From assembly GCA_963771275.1 (NCBI GenBank), contig CAVYSW010000009.1, forward strand, positions 384,001 through 448,000: DNA of 64,000 nucleotides. Direction: 5' to 3'. This document shows positions 27,543 through 37,533 of this stretch, in pieces (the first letter of the stretch is position 1; every line of letters starts with the position of its first letter). Origin of the DNA: an uncultured Gemmatimonadales bacterium (GTDB lineage: Bacteria; Gemmatimonadota; Gemmatimonadetes; Gemmatimonadales; GWC2-71-9). The translations under genes were made by a program, and so were the position numbers. The notes beneath the pieces were generated by a model. That model saw only the letters and a list, made by a program, of their open reading frames with translations, searched no databases and was not told the DNA's origin.

Positions 27543-29234
27543 ATGAGATCGTTCACGCGTAGCCTCCTTGCCCCGGCCGGCGCCGTTCTGCTCCTGGGCT
27601 GGCTGGCGGCCTGCAGCGACACCACCAACCCGGCGTTGACCGCGCCGACCGGCGTGACCGCCGTCGCCACCTCGGCCACGTCGGTACAGGTGACGTGGAA
27701 CCAGGTGACCGGCGCCGATAGTTACGCGTTGGACCGGGCGGAAGGCGCCGGCGCTTTCGCCAACGTGGGGACGGGATTGACCAGCACGCACTACGACGAC
27801 ACCGGCCTCCAGCCCAGCACGGATTACCGCTACCAGGTGCGCGCCGCGCAGGGCACGACCGAGAGCGCGAGCAGCAGCGAAGCCTCCGCCACGACTCCCG
27901 CGGTGGGCGCCAAGGTGGCCACGGTCACCGGCGTCCCGCTCAGCCGGACGTTCTACGCCGACACCACCTACATCCTCCAGGGGTACGTGAAGGTGAGCAA
28001 CGGCGCCACGCTCACCATCCAGGCCGGCACCACGATCGTGGGCGACACCCTCGTCACGGGCAGCTCCCTGTGGATCCTGCGCGGGTCGAAAATCATGGCC
28101 AACGGGACGGTGGATGCGCCGATCGTGTTCACGTCGCAGCGCTCCTCGCCCAACCGCAAGCCGGGGGACTGGGGCGGGCTCATCGTTGTGGGGAACGCGC
28201 TCATCAACCGGACGGCCAACCCGATCTTCACCGAGGGCCCCGCCGGCGCGGCAGAGAACTACGCCGGCGGCACCGACCCGAACGACAACTCCGGCGTCCT
28301 CAAGTACGTGCGGGTCGAGTTCGCGGGGTACGATGTCTCGAACGGCGGTGGGCAGGAGCTGAACAGTATCTCCAGCTACGCCGTGGGACGCGCCACCACG
28401 TACGACTACGTGCAATCGATGGCCGGCCTGGACGACGGGTTCGAGTCATTCGGCGGCGGATATGACATGCGCCACATGGTCTCGTTCGAAGAGGGCGACG
28501 ACCATTTCGATTGGACGGAAGGCTACCAGGGCCGTGGCCAGTTCCTGATCGCGCTCCAGACCTCGGTGCTCACGCCGCGTCCCGGGACGGGCACCACGTC
28601 GAGCGATCCCCGCGGCTTCGAGGGCGACGGCTGCGAGAGCGACAAGGCGGGATGCACGTTCTCCAACACCCCGTACTCCATGCCCGTGTGGGCCAACTTC
28701 ACCGTGGTGGGGCCGGGCACGGGCGTCTTCTCGACGACCGACGGCAATGGGGCGGTGGTCCGGCGCGGCGCGGCGGCCAATTTCGTGAACGGCATCATCG
28801 CCCGCTGGCCGGGCGTGGGCATCAGCGTCCGCGACACGGCCAGCAGGAACCGGATGGACCAAGACTCGCTCTACGTCCGCAACGTCGTCCTCGCGGAGAA
28901 CGGGAGCAACTTCGAGCCGGCGGGCCCGAACTTCGGGTCCGTGCTGAGCGACAGCGCCACCGTCTGGGACATCACCACGAGCACGCTGGCAGCCCTGTTC
29001 ACCGGCGCGCTTCCCGTCGGCGCCACCACGGTGACCACCGCGAACCTCAACATCGGTCTGGCGGCCGGCGCGGCGGCCAGAACGGGCGGGCTCGGCGCGT
29101 TCCCCGCCATTCTGTCCGCGCGGGTGCAGAACTTCTTCGGCGGTGCGATGCCGGCCACCGCCTACATCGGCGCGGTCGATCCGTCGGCGGGCACCCAGTG
29201 GTTCGAGGGCTGGACGAACTGGGCACGGAACTAG
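27543..29234 (+). CDS. Lipoprotein with FN3 domain and probable beta-helix domain, function unknown
   Basis: Lipobox LAAC; FN3 (APTGVTA, VTW, DTGLQPSTDYRYQVRA); GDWGGL, DNSGVLKYVRVEFAG, DDGFE.FGG, GDD.FDW; C-terminal W..GWT.W. Confidence 0.75.
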   Translation: MRSFTRSLLAPAGAVLLLGWLAACSDTTNPALTAPTGVTAVATSATSVQVTWNQVTGADSYALDRAEGAGAFANVGTGLTSTHYDDTGLQPSTDYRYQVRAAQGTTESASSSEASATTPAVGAKVATVTGVPLSRTFYADTTYILQGYVKVSNGATLTIQAGTTIVGDTLVTGSSLWILRGSKIMANGTVDAPIVFTSQRSSPNRKPGDWGGLIVVGNALINRTANPIFTEGPAGAAENYAGGTDPNDNSGVLKYVRVEFAGYDVSNGGGQELNSISSYAVGRATTYDYVQSMAGLDDGFESFGGGYDMRHMVSFEEGDDHFDWTEGYQGRGQFLIALQTSVLTPRPGTGTTSSDPRGFEGDGCESDKAGCTFSNTPYSMPVWANFTVVGPGTGVFSTTDGNGAVVRRGAAANFVNGIIARWPGVGISVRDTASRNRMDQDSLYVRNVVLAENGSNFEPAGPNFGSVLSDSATVWDITTSTLAALFTGALPVGATTVTTANLNIGLAAGAAARTGGLGAFPAILSARVQNFFGGAMPATAYIGAVDPSAGTQWFEGWTNWARN

Positions 29235-29253
29235 CGACGGGTTCGGTCACCGC

Positions 29254-29291
29254 GGACGGCCGGGGCGCAGGACTGCCCCGGCCGTCCCTTT
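29254..29291 (+). terminator. 13-bp GC hairpin after the lipoprotein gene (terminator or mRNA stabiliser)
   Basis: GGACGGCCGGGGC / GCCCCGGCCGTCC followed by CTTT. Confidence 0.6.
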
Positions 29292-29321
29292 CCCGCTCGA
29301 GGAGACGGGGGTCGGGATAGC

Positions 29322-29905
29322 ATGAGACACCACTGGCTGGCAGCGCTCACCCTTGCGGTGGCATGCAACGCGCATTCCGAGAACCACGAAACCGTCGCCG
29401 GCAACGTGACCGACAGCGTCCTCCCGATGGATGTGATGCTGGACCGCTTTCGGCACGACCTGCCTCGGCCGGCGGAGCTGCACGGCGGGCTGGCGAACCG
29501 CGACAGCCTCGTCCGCCGCGTGATCGCCGCGCTCGAGACGAGCGACACGCTGGCGTTCGAGCACCTCGCGGTGAACCGGGGTGAATGGGCGTGGCTGTAC
29601 TTCCCCAGCAACGTCCTCTCCCGCCCACCGTACGAGCTGCCGCCAGGGCTCGCCTGGTTCCAGCTGCAGGAGACGAACCGGCAGGGCGTGTTCCGCGCCT
29701 TGCGGGAGTTCGGCGGCCACCAACTCGACTACCGCGGGTATCGCTGCAACACCGAGCCCACCATTGAGGATGCAAACCGGATCTGGGCCGGCTGTACCGT
29801 CACGCTGGGGCGGGACGGCGCCCCCCCGCGCCCGTCCGCCTGTTCGGCGCCGTCCTCGAGCGACGGGGCCGCTTTCTCATTCTCAGCTACACCAACGACT
29901 TCTGA
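29322..29905 (+). CDS. Hypothetical lipoprotein, frameshift in the C7 run at 29821-29827
   Basis: Lipobox AVAC; adding one C gives a protein-like end ...APVRLFGAVLERRGRFLILSYTNDF with stop at 29905. Confidence 0.6.
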
Positions 29906-29966
29906 ACCCGCCGAGCCTTCAACATGTTGCCGAAAGCGTAGTTAGACGGTCGGCGTCCGGGCCAGC

Positions 29967-30020
29967 GTTACCGCCGCGTTACAACGCCGTTGCCCTTTCG
30001 TGACATGTCACGACGATCGT
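29967..30020 (+). promoter_or_regulatory. Putative Pho-box array upstream of pstS
   Basis: GTTAC 29967, GTTAC 29978, GTTGC 29989, GTGAC 30000 (each preceded by C), then GATCGT 30015. Confidence 0.75.
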
Positions 30021-30064
30021 TATTGGCTGGCGAACTCCTCCCACCGCTGCGCGAGAGTTGCGCG

Positions 30065-31144
30065 ATGATGATGCCCCGAATGCGATGGCTCCCGGCCGCG
30101 GTCGCGCTGATCGGCACCGCGTGCGGCGGCCGTGGCAAGCCCACTGTCCTCCTCAACGGCGCCGGCGCCACGTTTCCCAACATCATCTACCAGCGCTGGA
30201 TCACCGACTACAACGCGGCGCACGCCGGCGTCGAGCTCAACTACCAGTCCATCGGGTCGGGCGGCGGAGTGCAGCAGTTCATGGACGGCACCGTGGACTT
30301 CGGGGCCAGTGACGGCCCGATGGCGGACGAGGAGATCGCGAAGGTCGGCGGCAACGTGCTCCACGTTCCCACGGTGCTGGGCGGCGTGGTACCGGCCTAC
30401 AACCTCCCCGGTGTCACCCAGACCATCCGATTCACGCCCGATGTGCTGGCGGACATCTTTCTTGGCGCGATCACCCGGTGGGACGACGTCCGGATCCGGA
30501 GCGCCAACCCCGGCGTTACCCTCCCCAACCGCGCGATCGTCGTGGTCCATCGCTCCGACGGGTCGGGCACGACCTACATCTGGACGGACTACCTCACTGT
30601 GGTCAGCGAGACCTGGGCCGGGCGGGTCGGGCGCGGGCGCGCGGTCAACTGGCCCGTCGGTATCGGCGGCCGCGGCAACGAGGGCGTCGCCGCCGCCATC
30701 ACGCAGACCCCGGGCGCGCTGGGCTACGTCGAGCTGGGGTACGCCCTGATCAACAAGATGCCGGTGGGGGCGGTCCGGAACCGGTTCGGCAACTTCGTGA
30801 CGCCCGACTTCTCCACCGTCTCGGCGGCCGCCGCCGGCGTGGTCGATGCCCTCGGCCCGGACACCGATTTCCGCATCAACCTGATCGACGGCCCGGGGGA
30901 GCGGACGTATCCCATCTCGTCTCTCACCTGGCTGCTGGTCAAGCGGGACTACGGAACGGCCGGGGCCAAGGCCCGCGAGCTGGTGCAGTTCATATCATGG
31001 GCCCTCACCGAAGGCCAGGCCACGGCCCCCCAGCTTGGCTACGCGCCGCTCCCGGCCGGGCTCGTGCCGCTGGTCGAGGCGCGTCTCCGGACGATCACGG
31101 CCGGGGGGCAACCGGTGTGGACGGGCCCGGCGGCGGCCAGGTAG
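30065..31144 (+). CDS. pstS: Phosphate ABC transporter substrate-binding lipoprotein (exact start uncertain)
   Basis: GAGATFP, NYQSIGSGGG, DFGASD and HRSDGSGTT motifs; lipobox GTAC. Confidence 0.93.
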   Translation: MMMPRMRWLPAAVALIGTACGGRGKPTVLLNGAGATFPNIIYQRWITDYNAAHAGVELNYQSIGSGGGVQQFMDGTVDFGASDGPMADEEIAKVGGNVLHVPTVLGGVVPAYNLPGVTQTIRFTPDVLADIFLGAITRWDDVRIRSANPGVTLPNRAIVVVHRSDGSGTTYIWTDYLTVVSETWAGRVGRGRAVNWPVGIGGRGNEGVAAAITQTPGALGYVELGYALINKMPVGAVRNRFGNFVTPDFSTVSAAAAGVVDALGPDTDFRINLIDGPGERTYPISSLTWLLVKRDYGTAGAKARELVQFISWALTEGQATAPQLGYAPLPAGLVPLVEARLRTITAGGQPVWTGPAAAR

Positions 31145-32127
31145 CCCCGGCCGCCGTCACCGGAGGTCAGCCGGGGGGGCGGAGAGCCCGACCGCGCCTC
31201 CGCGGGACGGCCCGGAGCGACCGCCTCTTCCGTGGCGCGCTCACGGCGCTCGCCGCCGTGGTGCCGCTCCTGTTCCTGGCGCTGGCCGGCCTGCTCGCCG
31301 TCCTCGCCTGGCCGACGATCCGCGCGTTCGGCTTCCGATTCCTCACGACGTCCACCTGGGACCCGGTGGCCAACGTGTACGGCGCGGCCCCGATGATCTT
31401 CGGGACCTTGCTCTCGTCCTTCGTCGCACTCCTCCTGGCGGTCCCCCTGGCCGTCGGCGTCGCGATCTACCTCACGGAGTTCGCCCCCGGCTGGCTGCGA
31501 CGCCCCGTCGGCACCCTCGTCGAGCTCCTCGCCGCCATCCCGAGCGTGGTGTACGGCCTGTGGGGCATCTTCGTGCTGATTCCCCTGCTCCGCACCTACG
31601 TGATCCCGCCGCTCCAGGCGGTCCTCGGCTGGACCCCGTTCTTCTCCGGCACGTTCTACGGCAATTCGATGCTGGCCGGCGGGGTCATTCTCGCCATCAT
31701 GATCCTGCCCTACATCAGCTCGGTGAGCCGCGAGGTCCTCGCCGCGGTGCCCCCGTCGCAGCGGGAGGCCGCCCTGGCCCTCGGCGCCACCCGCTGGGAG
31801 GCGGTCTGGTCGGCCGTGCTTCCCTACGCGCGGACCGGGGTCATGGGCGCCGTCGTGCTCGGCCTGGGCCGCGCGCTGGGCGAGACCATGGCCGTCGTCA
31901 TGGTGATCGGGAACCGGCACGACCTGAGCGTGTCGCTGGTCGAGCCGGGCTACACCATGGCGGCCATCATCGCCAACGAGTTCAACGAGGCGGCGGGCCT
32001 GCAGCGCGCCGCCCTGTTTGAGATCGGGCTGGTGCTGTTCGGCGTGACCGTCGCCGTCAATGCGCTGGCCCGCCTGCTGGTGTGGCGCGTGGCACGCGAC
32101 AGCGCGGTCGGGAGCCGCGCCATATGA
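31117..32127 (+). CDS. pstC: Phosphate ABC permease (start uncertain)
   Basis: [27 protein letters not shown] and GLGRALGETMAV motifs. Confidence 0.9.
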   Translation: MDGPGGGQVAPAAVTGGQPGGRRARPRLRGTARSDRLFRGALTALAAVVPLLFLALAGLLAVLAWPTIRAFGFRFLTTSTWDPVANVYGAAPMIFGTLLSSFVALLLAVPLAVGVAIYLTEFAPGWLRRPVGTLVELLAAIPSVVYGLWGIFVLIPLLRTYVIPPLQAVLGWTPFFSGTFYGNSMLAGGVILAIMILPYISSVSREVLAAVPPSQREAALALGATRWEAVWSAVLPYARTGVMGAVVLGLGRALGETMAVVMVIGNRHDLSVSLVEPGYTMAAIIANEFNEAAGLQRAALFEIGLVLFGVTVAVNALARLLVWRVARDSAVGSRAI

Positions 32128-32969
32128 TCGCGCGCACCGCCCGCCGCCGGCTGTTCAGCCGGTTCATGACCGGACTCACCGTGCTGGCGGCGGTGATCGC
32201 CCTGGCGCCCCTGTTCGCCATCTTCGCCGATCTCGTGCTGCGCGGCGCCTCGAGCCTCAACGTCGACTTCTTCGTGAAGAACCCGGCCGCCGCCGGGCAG
32301 ACCGGCGGTGGGGTGGCGAACGCCATCGTCGGCACGCTCATTATCGTGGGGCTCGCCGCCGCCATCGGGTTGCCAATCGGGATCGGGGGGGGCGTCTACC
32401 TCGCGGAATACGGCGGCGGCGGGTTCGGCACGGTCGTGCGGTTTCTCGCCGACGTGCTGAACGGCACGCCGTCGGTCATCGTTGGGATCTTCGCGTGGAC
32501 CTGGATCGTGCGCCCGATGGGCCACTTCTCCGCGGTTGCGGGCGCCCTGGCCCTGGCGGTGCTCATCATCCCCATGGTTACACGCACCACCGAGGAGATG
32601 GTGCGCCTGGTCCCGCACTCGCTGCGCGAGGCCGCCCTCGCGCTGGGGTTCCCGCGCTGGCGCGCCACGGCGAAGATCATGGTGCGGGCCGCCTGGCCCG
32701 GCATCGTGACCGGGGCGCTCGTCGCCGTCGCCCGCGTCGCCGGCGAGACGGCGCCCTTGTTGTTCACCGCGCTCGGCAATCTCAACTTCAAGACCGACGT
32801 CATGCAGCCGATGCAGACGTTGTCGCTGCAGATCTACGTGTTCGCCACCGGCCCGTTCGAGGAGTGGCACCGCCTCGCCTGGGGCGCCGCTCTGGTGCTC
32901 ATGGGAATCGTCTTGCTGGTGGGAATCGCCGCTCGGCTGGCCACGCGCACCCGGTTCCGCGATGGCTGA
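32124..32969 (+). CDS. pstA: Phosphate ABC permease
   Basis: [22 protein letters not shown] and [10 protein letters not shown] motifs. Confidence 0.92.
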   Translation: MIARTARRRLFSRFMTGLTVLAAVIALAPLFAIFADLVLRGASSLNVDFFVKNPAAAGQTGGGVANAIVGTLIIVGLAAAIGLPIGIGGGVYLAEYGGGGFGTVVRFLADVLNGTPSVIVGIFAWTWIVRPMGHFSAVAGALALAVLIIPMVTRTTEEMVRLVPHSLREAALALGFPRWRATAKIMVRAAWPGIVTGALVAVARVAGETAPLLFTALGNLNFKTDVMQPMQTLSLQIYVFATGPFEEWHRLAWGAALVLMGIVLLVGIAARLATRTRFRDG

Positions 32970-33729
32970 GCCGGCCGCGCCGCTCCGCACCGAGCAGATC
33001 ACCGCCCTGTTCGGCGACAAGGCGGCGGTGAAGGACGTGACGCTCCATTTCCCGGGGAATACGGTGACGGCGATCATCGGGCCGTCGGGCTGCGGCAAGA
33101 GCACCTTCCTGCGCTGCCTCAACCGGCTGCACGAGCTGTCGCGCGGCGGGAGCGTCCGCGGCCAAGTGCTGCTCGACGGCGAGGACATCTACCACCCGGC
33201 GGTGAATCCGGTCGACGTCCGGCGGCGCATCGGGATGGTGTTCCAGCAGCCGAATCCGTTCCCGACGATGTCGATCTACCACAACGTGGCGGCGGGGCTC
33301 ACCGTGAACGGCCGCCGGTCGCGGGCCGAGACCGCCGCCGCCGTGGAGCGTGCACTCAAGAGCGCCGCGCTGTGGGACGAGGTCAAGGACCGCCTGCGGG
33401 CGAGTCCGCTGGCGCTGTCGGGCGGGCAGCAGCAGCGCCTCTGCATCGCTCGGACCATCGCCCCCGAGCCCGAGGTGATCCTGCTGGACGAGCCGACGTC
33501 CGCGCTGGACCCGATCGCGACGCAGTCGATCGAAGAGCTCGTGCAGGAGTTGAAGCGCACCTTCACCGTGGTGATCGTAACGCACAACATGCAGCAGGCG
33601 GCCCGCGTCTCCGACTACACGGCGTTCCTGTACCTCGGGGAGCTGGTCGAGCGCGGCGACACGACGACCCTGTTCACCGCGCCCCGCGAGCAGCGCACCG
33701 AGGCGTACATCACGGGACGGTTCGGGTGA
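32962..33729 (+). CDS. pstB: Phosphate ABC ATPase, copy 1
   Basis: [33 protein letters not shown] and [10 protein letters not shown] motifs. Confidence 0.93.
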   Translation: MAEPAAPLRTEQITALFGDKAAVKDVTLHFPGNTVTAIIGPSGCGKSTFLRCLNRLHELSRGGSVRGQVLLDGEDIYHPAVNPVDVRRRIGMVFQQPNPFPTMSIYHNVAAGLTVNGRRSRAETAAAVERALKSAALWDEVKDRLRASPLALSGGQQQRLCIARTIAPEPEVILLDEPTSALDPIATQSIEELVQELKRTFTVVIVTHNMQQAARVSDYTAFLYLGELVERGDTTTLFTAPREQRTEAYITGRFG

Positions 33730-34481
33730 CGGCGGCCGTCGAGATCCGGGACTTCGGGTTCTGGTACGGCCGCACGCAGGCGCTCAGGGCGATCTCGCTG
33801 GCCGTGGCGCCGGGCCAGATCACGGCGTTCATCGGCCCGTCGGGCTGCGGCAAGAGCACGCTGCTCCGCGCGATCAACCGGATGAACGAGCTGCTGCCCG
33901 GCACCCGACACGAGGGCGACGTGCAGCTGTTCGGCAAGTCGGTGTACGCGCCGACGGTCGACGTCGTGGGGCTGCGCCGCCAGATCGGGATGGTATTCCA
34001 GAAGCCCAATCCGTTCCCCAAGACGATCTTCGACAACGTGGCGTACGGCCCCAGCGTCAACGCGCTGTGCGGCGCCGCCGAGCTGCCGGATCGGGTGGAG
34101 CACGCCCTCAAGCGCGCCGCGCTGTGGGACGAGGTGGTCGACCGGCTCGACGAGCTCGGCACCGGGCTCTCCGGCGGTCAGCAGCAGCGGCTCTGCATTG
34201 CGCGCGCCCTGGCCAACGATCCAGAGATCCTGCTCCTCGACGAGCCGTGCTCGGCGCTCGACCCGATCGCGACGCAGCGGATCGAGGAGCTGCTGGTCGA
34301 GCTCAAGCAGGAAGTCACCATCGTCATCGTCACCCACAACCTGCATCAGGCCGCGCGCATCGCGGATGACGCGGCGTTCTTCTACCTTGGTGAGTTGGTG
34401 GAGTTCGGCCGGGCCGAGGACCTCTTTACCCGCCCGCGCGAAAAACGGACGGAAGCCTACGTGACCGGGAGATTCGGATGA
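33726..34481 (+). CDS. pstB: Phosphate ABC ATPase, copy 2
   Basis: Same motifs; GTGA overlap with copy 1. Confidence 0.93.
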   Translation: MTAAVEIRDFGFWYGRTQALRAISLAVAPGQITAFIGPSGCGKSTLLRAINRMNELLPGTRHEGDVQLFGKSVYAPTVDVVGLRRQIGMVFQKPNPFPKTIFDNVAYGPSVNALCGAAELPDRVEHALKRAALWDEVVDRLDELGTGLSGGQQQRLCIARALANDPEILLLDEPCSALDPIATQRIEELLVELKQEVTIVIVTHNLHQAARIADDAAFFYLGELVEFGRAEDLFTRPREKRTEAYVTGRFG

Positions 34482-35155
34482 CGGGCACCCCCCATCGCCA
34501 TTTCCACGACGAACTGGCCCGCCTCAAGGACCGGCTGCTCCAGATGTCGGCCCAGGCCCAGGACGCGCTCGACCGATCCGTGCGGGCGGTGCTGCAGCGG
34601 GACGCTCCGGCGGCCGACCGCGTGCTGCGGGAGGACCGCCAGATCGACGCCCTCGAAGTCGAGATCGAGGAGATGGTCACCAACCTCCTGGCGCTGCACC
34701 AGCCGATGGCACGGGACCTCCGCCTGATCCTGTCCGCGCTCAAGATCTCCAACGATCTCGAGCGCGTGGGCGACCATGGAGCCAATATCGCGGGCTGCGC
34801 GCAGCGATTGCTCGACCAGCGGCCCATCACGCCGGAGCCCGAGATCGTCGAGATGGGCCGGCTGGCCCGCGGCATGCTGGCCGACGCGATCGACGCATTC
34901 GTGCGGGGCGATGCCGCCCTCGGCCGCGACGTCTGCGGCCGGGACGATCAGGTGGATGCCCTGCACCGCTCGGTCTTCCGCATCTTGCTCACCCACATGG
35001 CGGAGGACCCGCACACGATCGGGGCCGCCATGGAGCTGTTCCTCGTGAGCCGCAACCTCGAGCGGGTGGCGGACCTCGCCACCAACGTCGCCGAAGACGT
35101 GGTGTTCCTCGTTGAGGGCAAGAGCATCAAGCACGGCGCCGAGTTGCAGCAGTAG
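34478..35155 (+). CDS. phoU: Phosphate signalling protein
   Basis: [16 protein letters not shown] and [11 protein letters not shown] motifs. Confidence 0.93.
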   Translation: MTGTPHRHFHDELARLKDRLLQMSAQAQDALDRSVRAVLQRDAPAADRVLREDRQIDALEVEIEEMVTNLLALHQPMARDLRLILSALKISNDLERVGDHGANIAGCAQRLLDQRPITPEPEIVEMGRLARGMLADAIDAFVRGDAALGRDVCGRDDQVDALHRSVFRILLTHMAEDPHTIGAAMELFLVSRNLERVADLATNVAEDVVFLVEGKSIKHGAELQQ

Positions 35156-35251
35156 AACCGGGACGCACCGGGGGGCGGGCACCCCCCCGGACCCCCATAT
35201 ACCCCTTTTCCCGGGATTCCTCCGCCCTCCCCCCCCGTACCGGCAGGCGTC

Positions 35252-35305
35252 GATACACGACCGTTACAACGCTGACACGCTCGCGTTATCGCATCCGGTG
35301 AATCT
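35252..35305 (+). promoter_or_regulatory. Putative Pho-box array upstream of porin-pstS2
   Basis: GATAC 35252, GTTAC 35263, GACAC 35274, GTTAT 35285, then GAATCT 35300. Confidence 0.55.
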
Positions 35306-35368
35306 GCTCACTCGGGGTGCGGATCACCGGCCCCTCGACCATCCCCCAACCGAAGGAATCGCCCTGTG

Positions 35369-36391
35369 ATGGACCGGAATCGACGCTGGATGTTCGCCGG
35401 GCTCGGGGCAGTCCTGATGCTCGCCTCCCAGGCAGGACCGGCGGCGGCACAGGGCGTGACCGTGGGCGGGTTGGCCTACGGCCAGTACCTCTACCAGCTC
35501 AAGGACACGGCGGGCCACGCCAACAGCTTCTCCATTCAGCGCGCCTACATCAACGTCGTCGGCAAGTTCAACGACGGGCTGGTCGCCCGGATCACGCCGG
35601 ACGTGTACACCCAGACGGACGGCTCCATCGTGCTCCGGCTCAAGTACGCCTACGCCGCCTATACCCCCGGGAACGGTCCCCTGACCTTCAAGCTCGGCCT
35701 GATCCACACGCCGTGGCTCGACTGGGCGGAAGGCGTGTGGGACTACCGGATGCAGGGCACGATGTCTCCCGAGCGGAACGGCTACATCACCTCGTCGGAC
35801 CTGGGGTTCGGCGTGGACGGCGCGTGGGGCAAACAGATGGTCAACATGCAGGTCGGCCTCTACAACGGCGAGGGCTACCACGGCGGCACCGGCGACAAGC
35901 GCAAGGACGTGATGGGGCGCGTTTCGGTGCGGCTGCTCTCCACGGATGACGCGGGCGGCCGCGGTGGACTGCGGCTCACCGCCTACGGGCAATACGGCAA
36001 GCCGACGGGCGGCGGGAAGCGAACGCGCCTGATCGGGATGCTCTCCTACAAGCGCAGTCTCGTCACGCTGGCAGCCGAGGGCACCATCGCCCAGGACTCC
36101 TCCACCACGACACCCTCGCCCGACGTCACCGGCCGCGTGCTGAGCGGCTTCGGGGTCTTCAACATCCCCAATACGAAGGCCGCCCTCGTCGCCCGGGTGG
36201 ATCTCGCCGATCCGGACAAGGATGTGACTGGAGATTCACAGACCCGTTTCATCGGCGGCGTTTCGTACATGCCGCACCCGCACCTGCGGCTCCTCGCCAA
36301 CCTGGACTACCTGCACTACCAGGGGACGCCCACGCCGGCTCAGGAAGCGGGCCGGGCGCAGGCGCTGTTCCAGATGGAATTCACGTTCTGA
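35369..36391 (+). CDS. Outer-membrane beta-barrel, probable phosphate/anion porin
   Basis: Signal peptide AAA-Q; F.I.RAYIN, RLKYAY, SSDLG and YNGEGY motifs; C-terminal FTF; co-oriented with pstS2. Confidence 0.65.
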   Translation: MDRNRRWMFAGLGAVLMLASQAGPAAAQGVTVGGLAYGQYLYQLKDTAGHANSFSIQRAYINVVGKFNDGLVARITPDVYTQTDGSIVLRLKYAYAAYTPGNGPLTFKLGLIHTPWLDWAEGVWDYRMQGTMSPERNGYITSSDLGFGVDGAWGKQMVNMQVGLYNGEGYHGGTGDKRKDVMGRVSVRLLSTDDAGGRGGLRLTAYGQYGKPTGGGKRTRLIGMLSYKRSLVTLAAEGTIAQDSSTTTPSPDVTGRVLSGFGVFNIPNTKAALVARVDLADPDKDVTGDSQTRFIGGVSYMPHPHLRLLANLDYLHYQGTPTPAQEAGRAQALFQMEFTF

Positions 36392-36410
36392 CCCACGCGG
36401 GAGGACTTCT

Positions 36411-37460
36411 ATGAGACTGACACGGCTGATCCCCGCCATCGCGGCGGCCTGCGTTGCATCGCCCGCGGCGGCTCAGGTGCTGCTGAATGGTGCCGGCGCG
36501 ACGTTTCCCAACATCATCTACCAGGACTGGATCATCGCCTACAACAAGGCGACGGCGGGCGTCGAGCTGAACTACCAGTCGATCGGCTCGGGCGGCGGCA
36601 TCCAGCAGTTCACGGCCGGCACGGTGGACTTCGGCGCGAGCGACGCCCCGATGTCCGACCAGGAAATCGCGGCCGTGAGCGGCAACGTGATCCACATCCC
36701 GACCGTGCTCGGCGCGGTGCTGCCGACGTACAACCTGCCGGGGGTTGCCGGAGCCCTGAAGTTCAGCCCGGCGGTGCTGGCCGACATCTACCTCGGCAAG
36801 ATCACGAAGTGGAACGACCCGCGGCTCGCCGCCCTCAACCCGGGAATGAAGCTCCCGGATCTCGGCATCGCGGTGGCCCACCGTTCCGACGGGTCGGGGA
36901 CCACGTTCATCTTCACCGACTACCTCTCCAAGGTGAGCCCGGAGTGGTCGGCGAAGGTCGGGACGGGCAAGTCGGTGAACTGGCCCGCGGGAATCGGCGC
37001 CAAGGGCAACGAGGGCGTCTCGGCGACGGTGAGCCAGACCCCGGGCGCGATCGGCTACATCGAGCTGGGCTACGCGATGATCAACAAGCTCCCCGTGGGC
37101 GCCGTGCAGAACAAGTCCGGGAAGTTCATCACACCCACGATCGCGAGCGTGACGGCGGCGGCGGCGGGGGCCATGAAGCAGATGGGGCCTGAAACCGATT
37201 TCCGCGTGTCGATCGTCAACCCCGACGGCGCGGACGCCTACCCGATCGCGAGCTTCACGTGGCTGTTGCTCCACAAGCAGTACGACGACGCCACCAAGGC
37301 CGGCGCGCTCGCCAGGTTCGTGTGGTGGGCGGAGACCGACGGCCAGGCCCGCTGCGCCGATCTGGGGTACGCACCGCTGCCCACGGCGATGCAGCCGTGG
37401 ATCCAGGCTCGGCTCAAGAGCATCACGGCACAGGGCCGTCCGGTCTGGGCAAGCCGCTAG
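36411..37460 (+). CDS. pstS: Second phosphate-binding protein (signal peptidase I type)
   Basis: Same PstS motifs; AAA-Q cleavage site directly before the mature domain. Confidence 0.92.
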   Translation: MRLTRLIPAIAAACVASPAAAQVLLNGAGATFPNIIYQDWIIAYNKATAGVELNYQSIGSGGGIQQFTAGTVDFGASDAPMSDQEIAAVSGNVIHIPTVLGAVLPTYNLPGVAGALKFSPAVLADIYLGKITKWNDPRLAALNPGMKLPDLGIAVAHRSDGSGTTFIFTDYLSKVSPEWSAKVGTGKSVNWPAGIGAKGNEGVSATVSQTPGAIGYIELGYAMINKLPVGAVQNKSGKFITPTIASVTAAAAGAMKQMGPETDFRVSIVNPDGADAYPIASFTWLLLHKQYDDATKAGALARFVWWAETDGQARCADLGYAPLPTAMQPWIQARLKSITAQGRPVWASR

Positions 37461-37495
37461 ACGCAGCCGGCACCCAGCAGCCGGTCTGTCACAGG

Positions 37496-37529
37496 ACGGG
37501 GGGCGAGCGACACGCCCCCCGTGCGTTTT
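37496..37529 (+). terminator. Intrinsic terminator between convergent pstS2 and rhomboid
   Basis: ACGGGGGGCG / CGCCCCCCGT stem followed by GCGTTTT. Confidence 0.65.
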
Positions 37530-37533
37530 CAGG

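Noticed and set aside
32962..34481. Tandem pstB duplication as a novelty
   Set aside because: Two pstB genes per operon is a common arrangement.
35160..35240. G/C homopolymer-rich stretch after phoU as a repeat element or ncRNA
   Set aside because: Explained by a short CCGGGGGG/CCCCCCGG hairpin plus low-complexity sequence; no further structure supportable.
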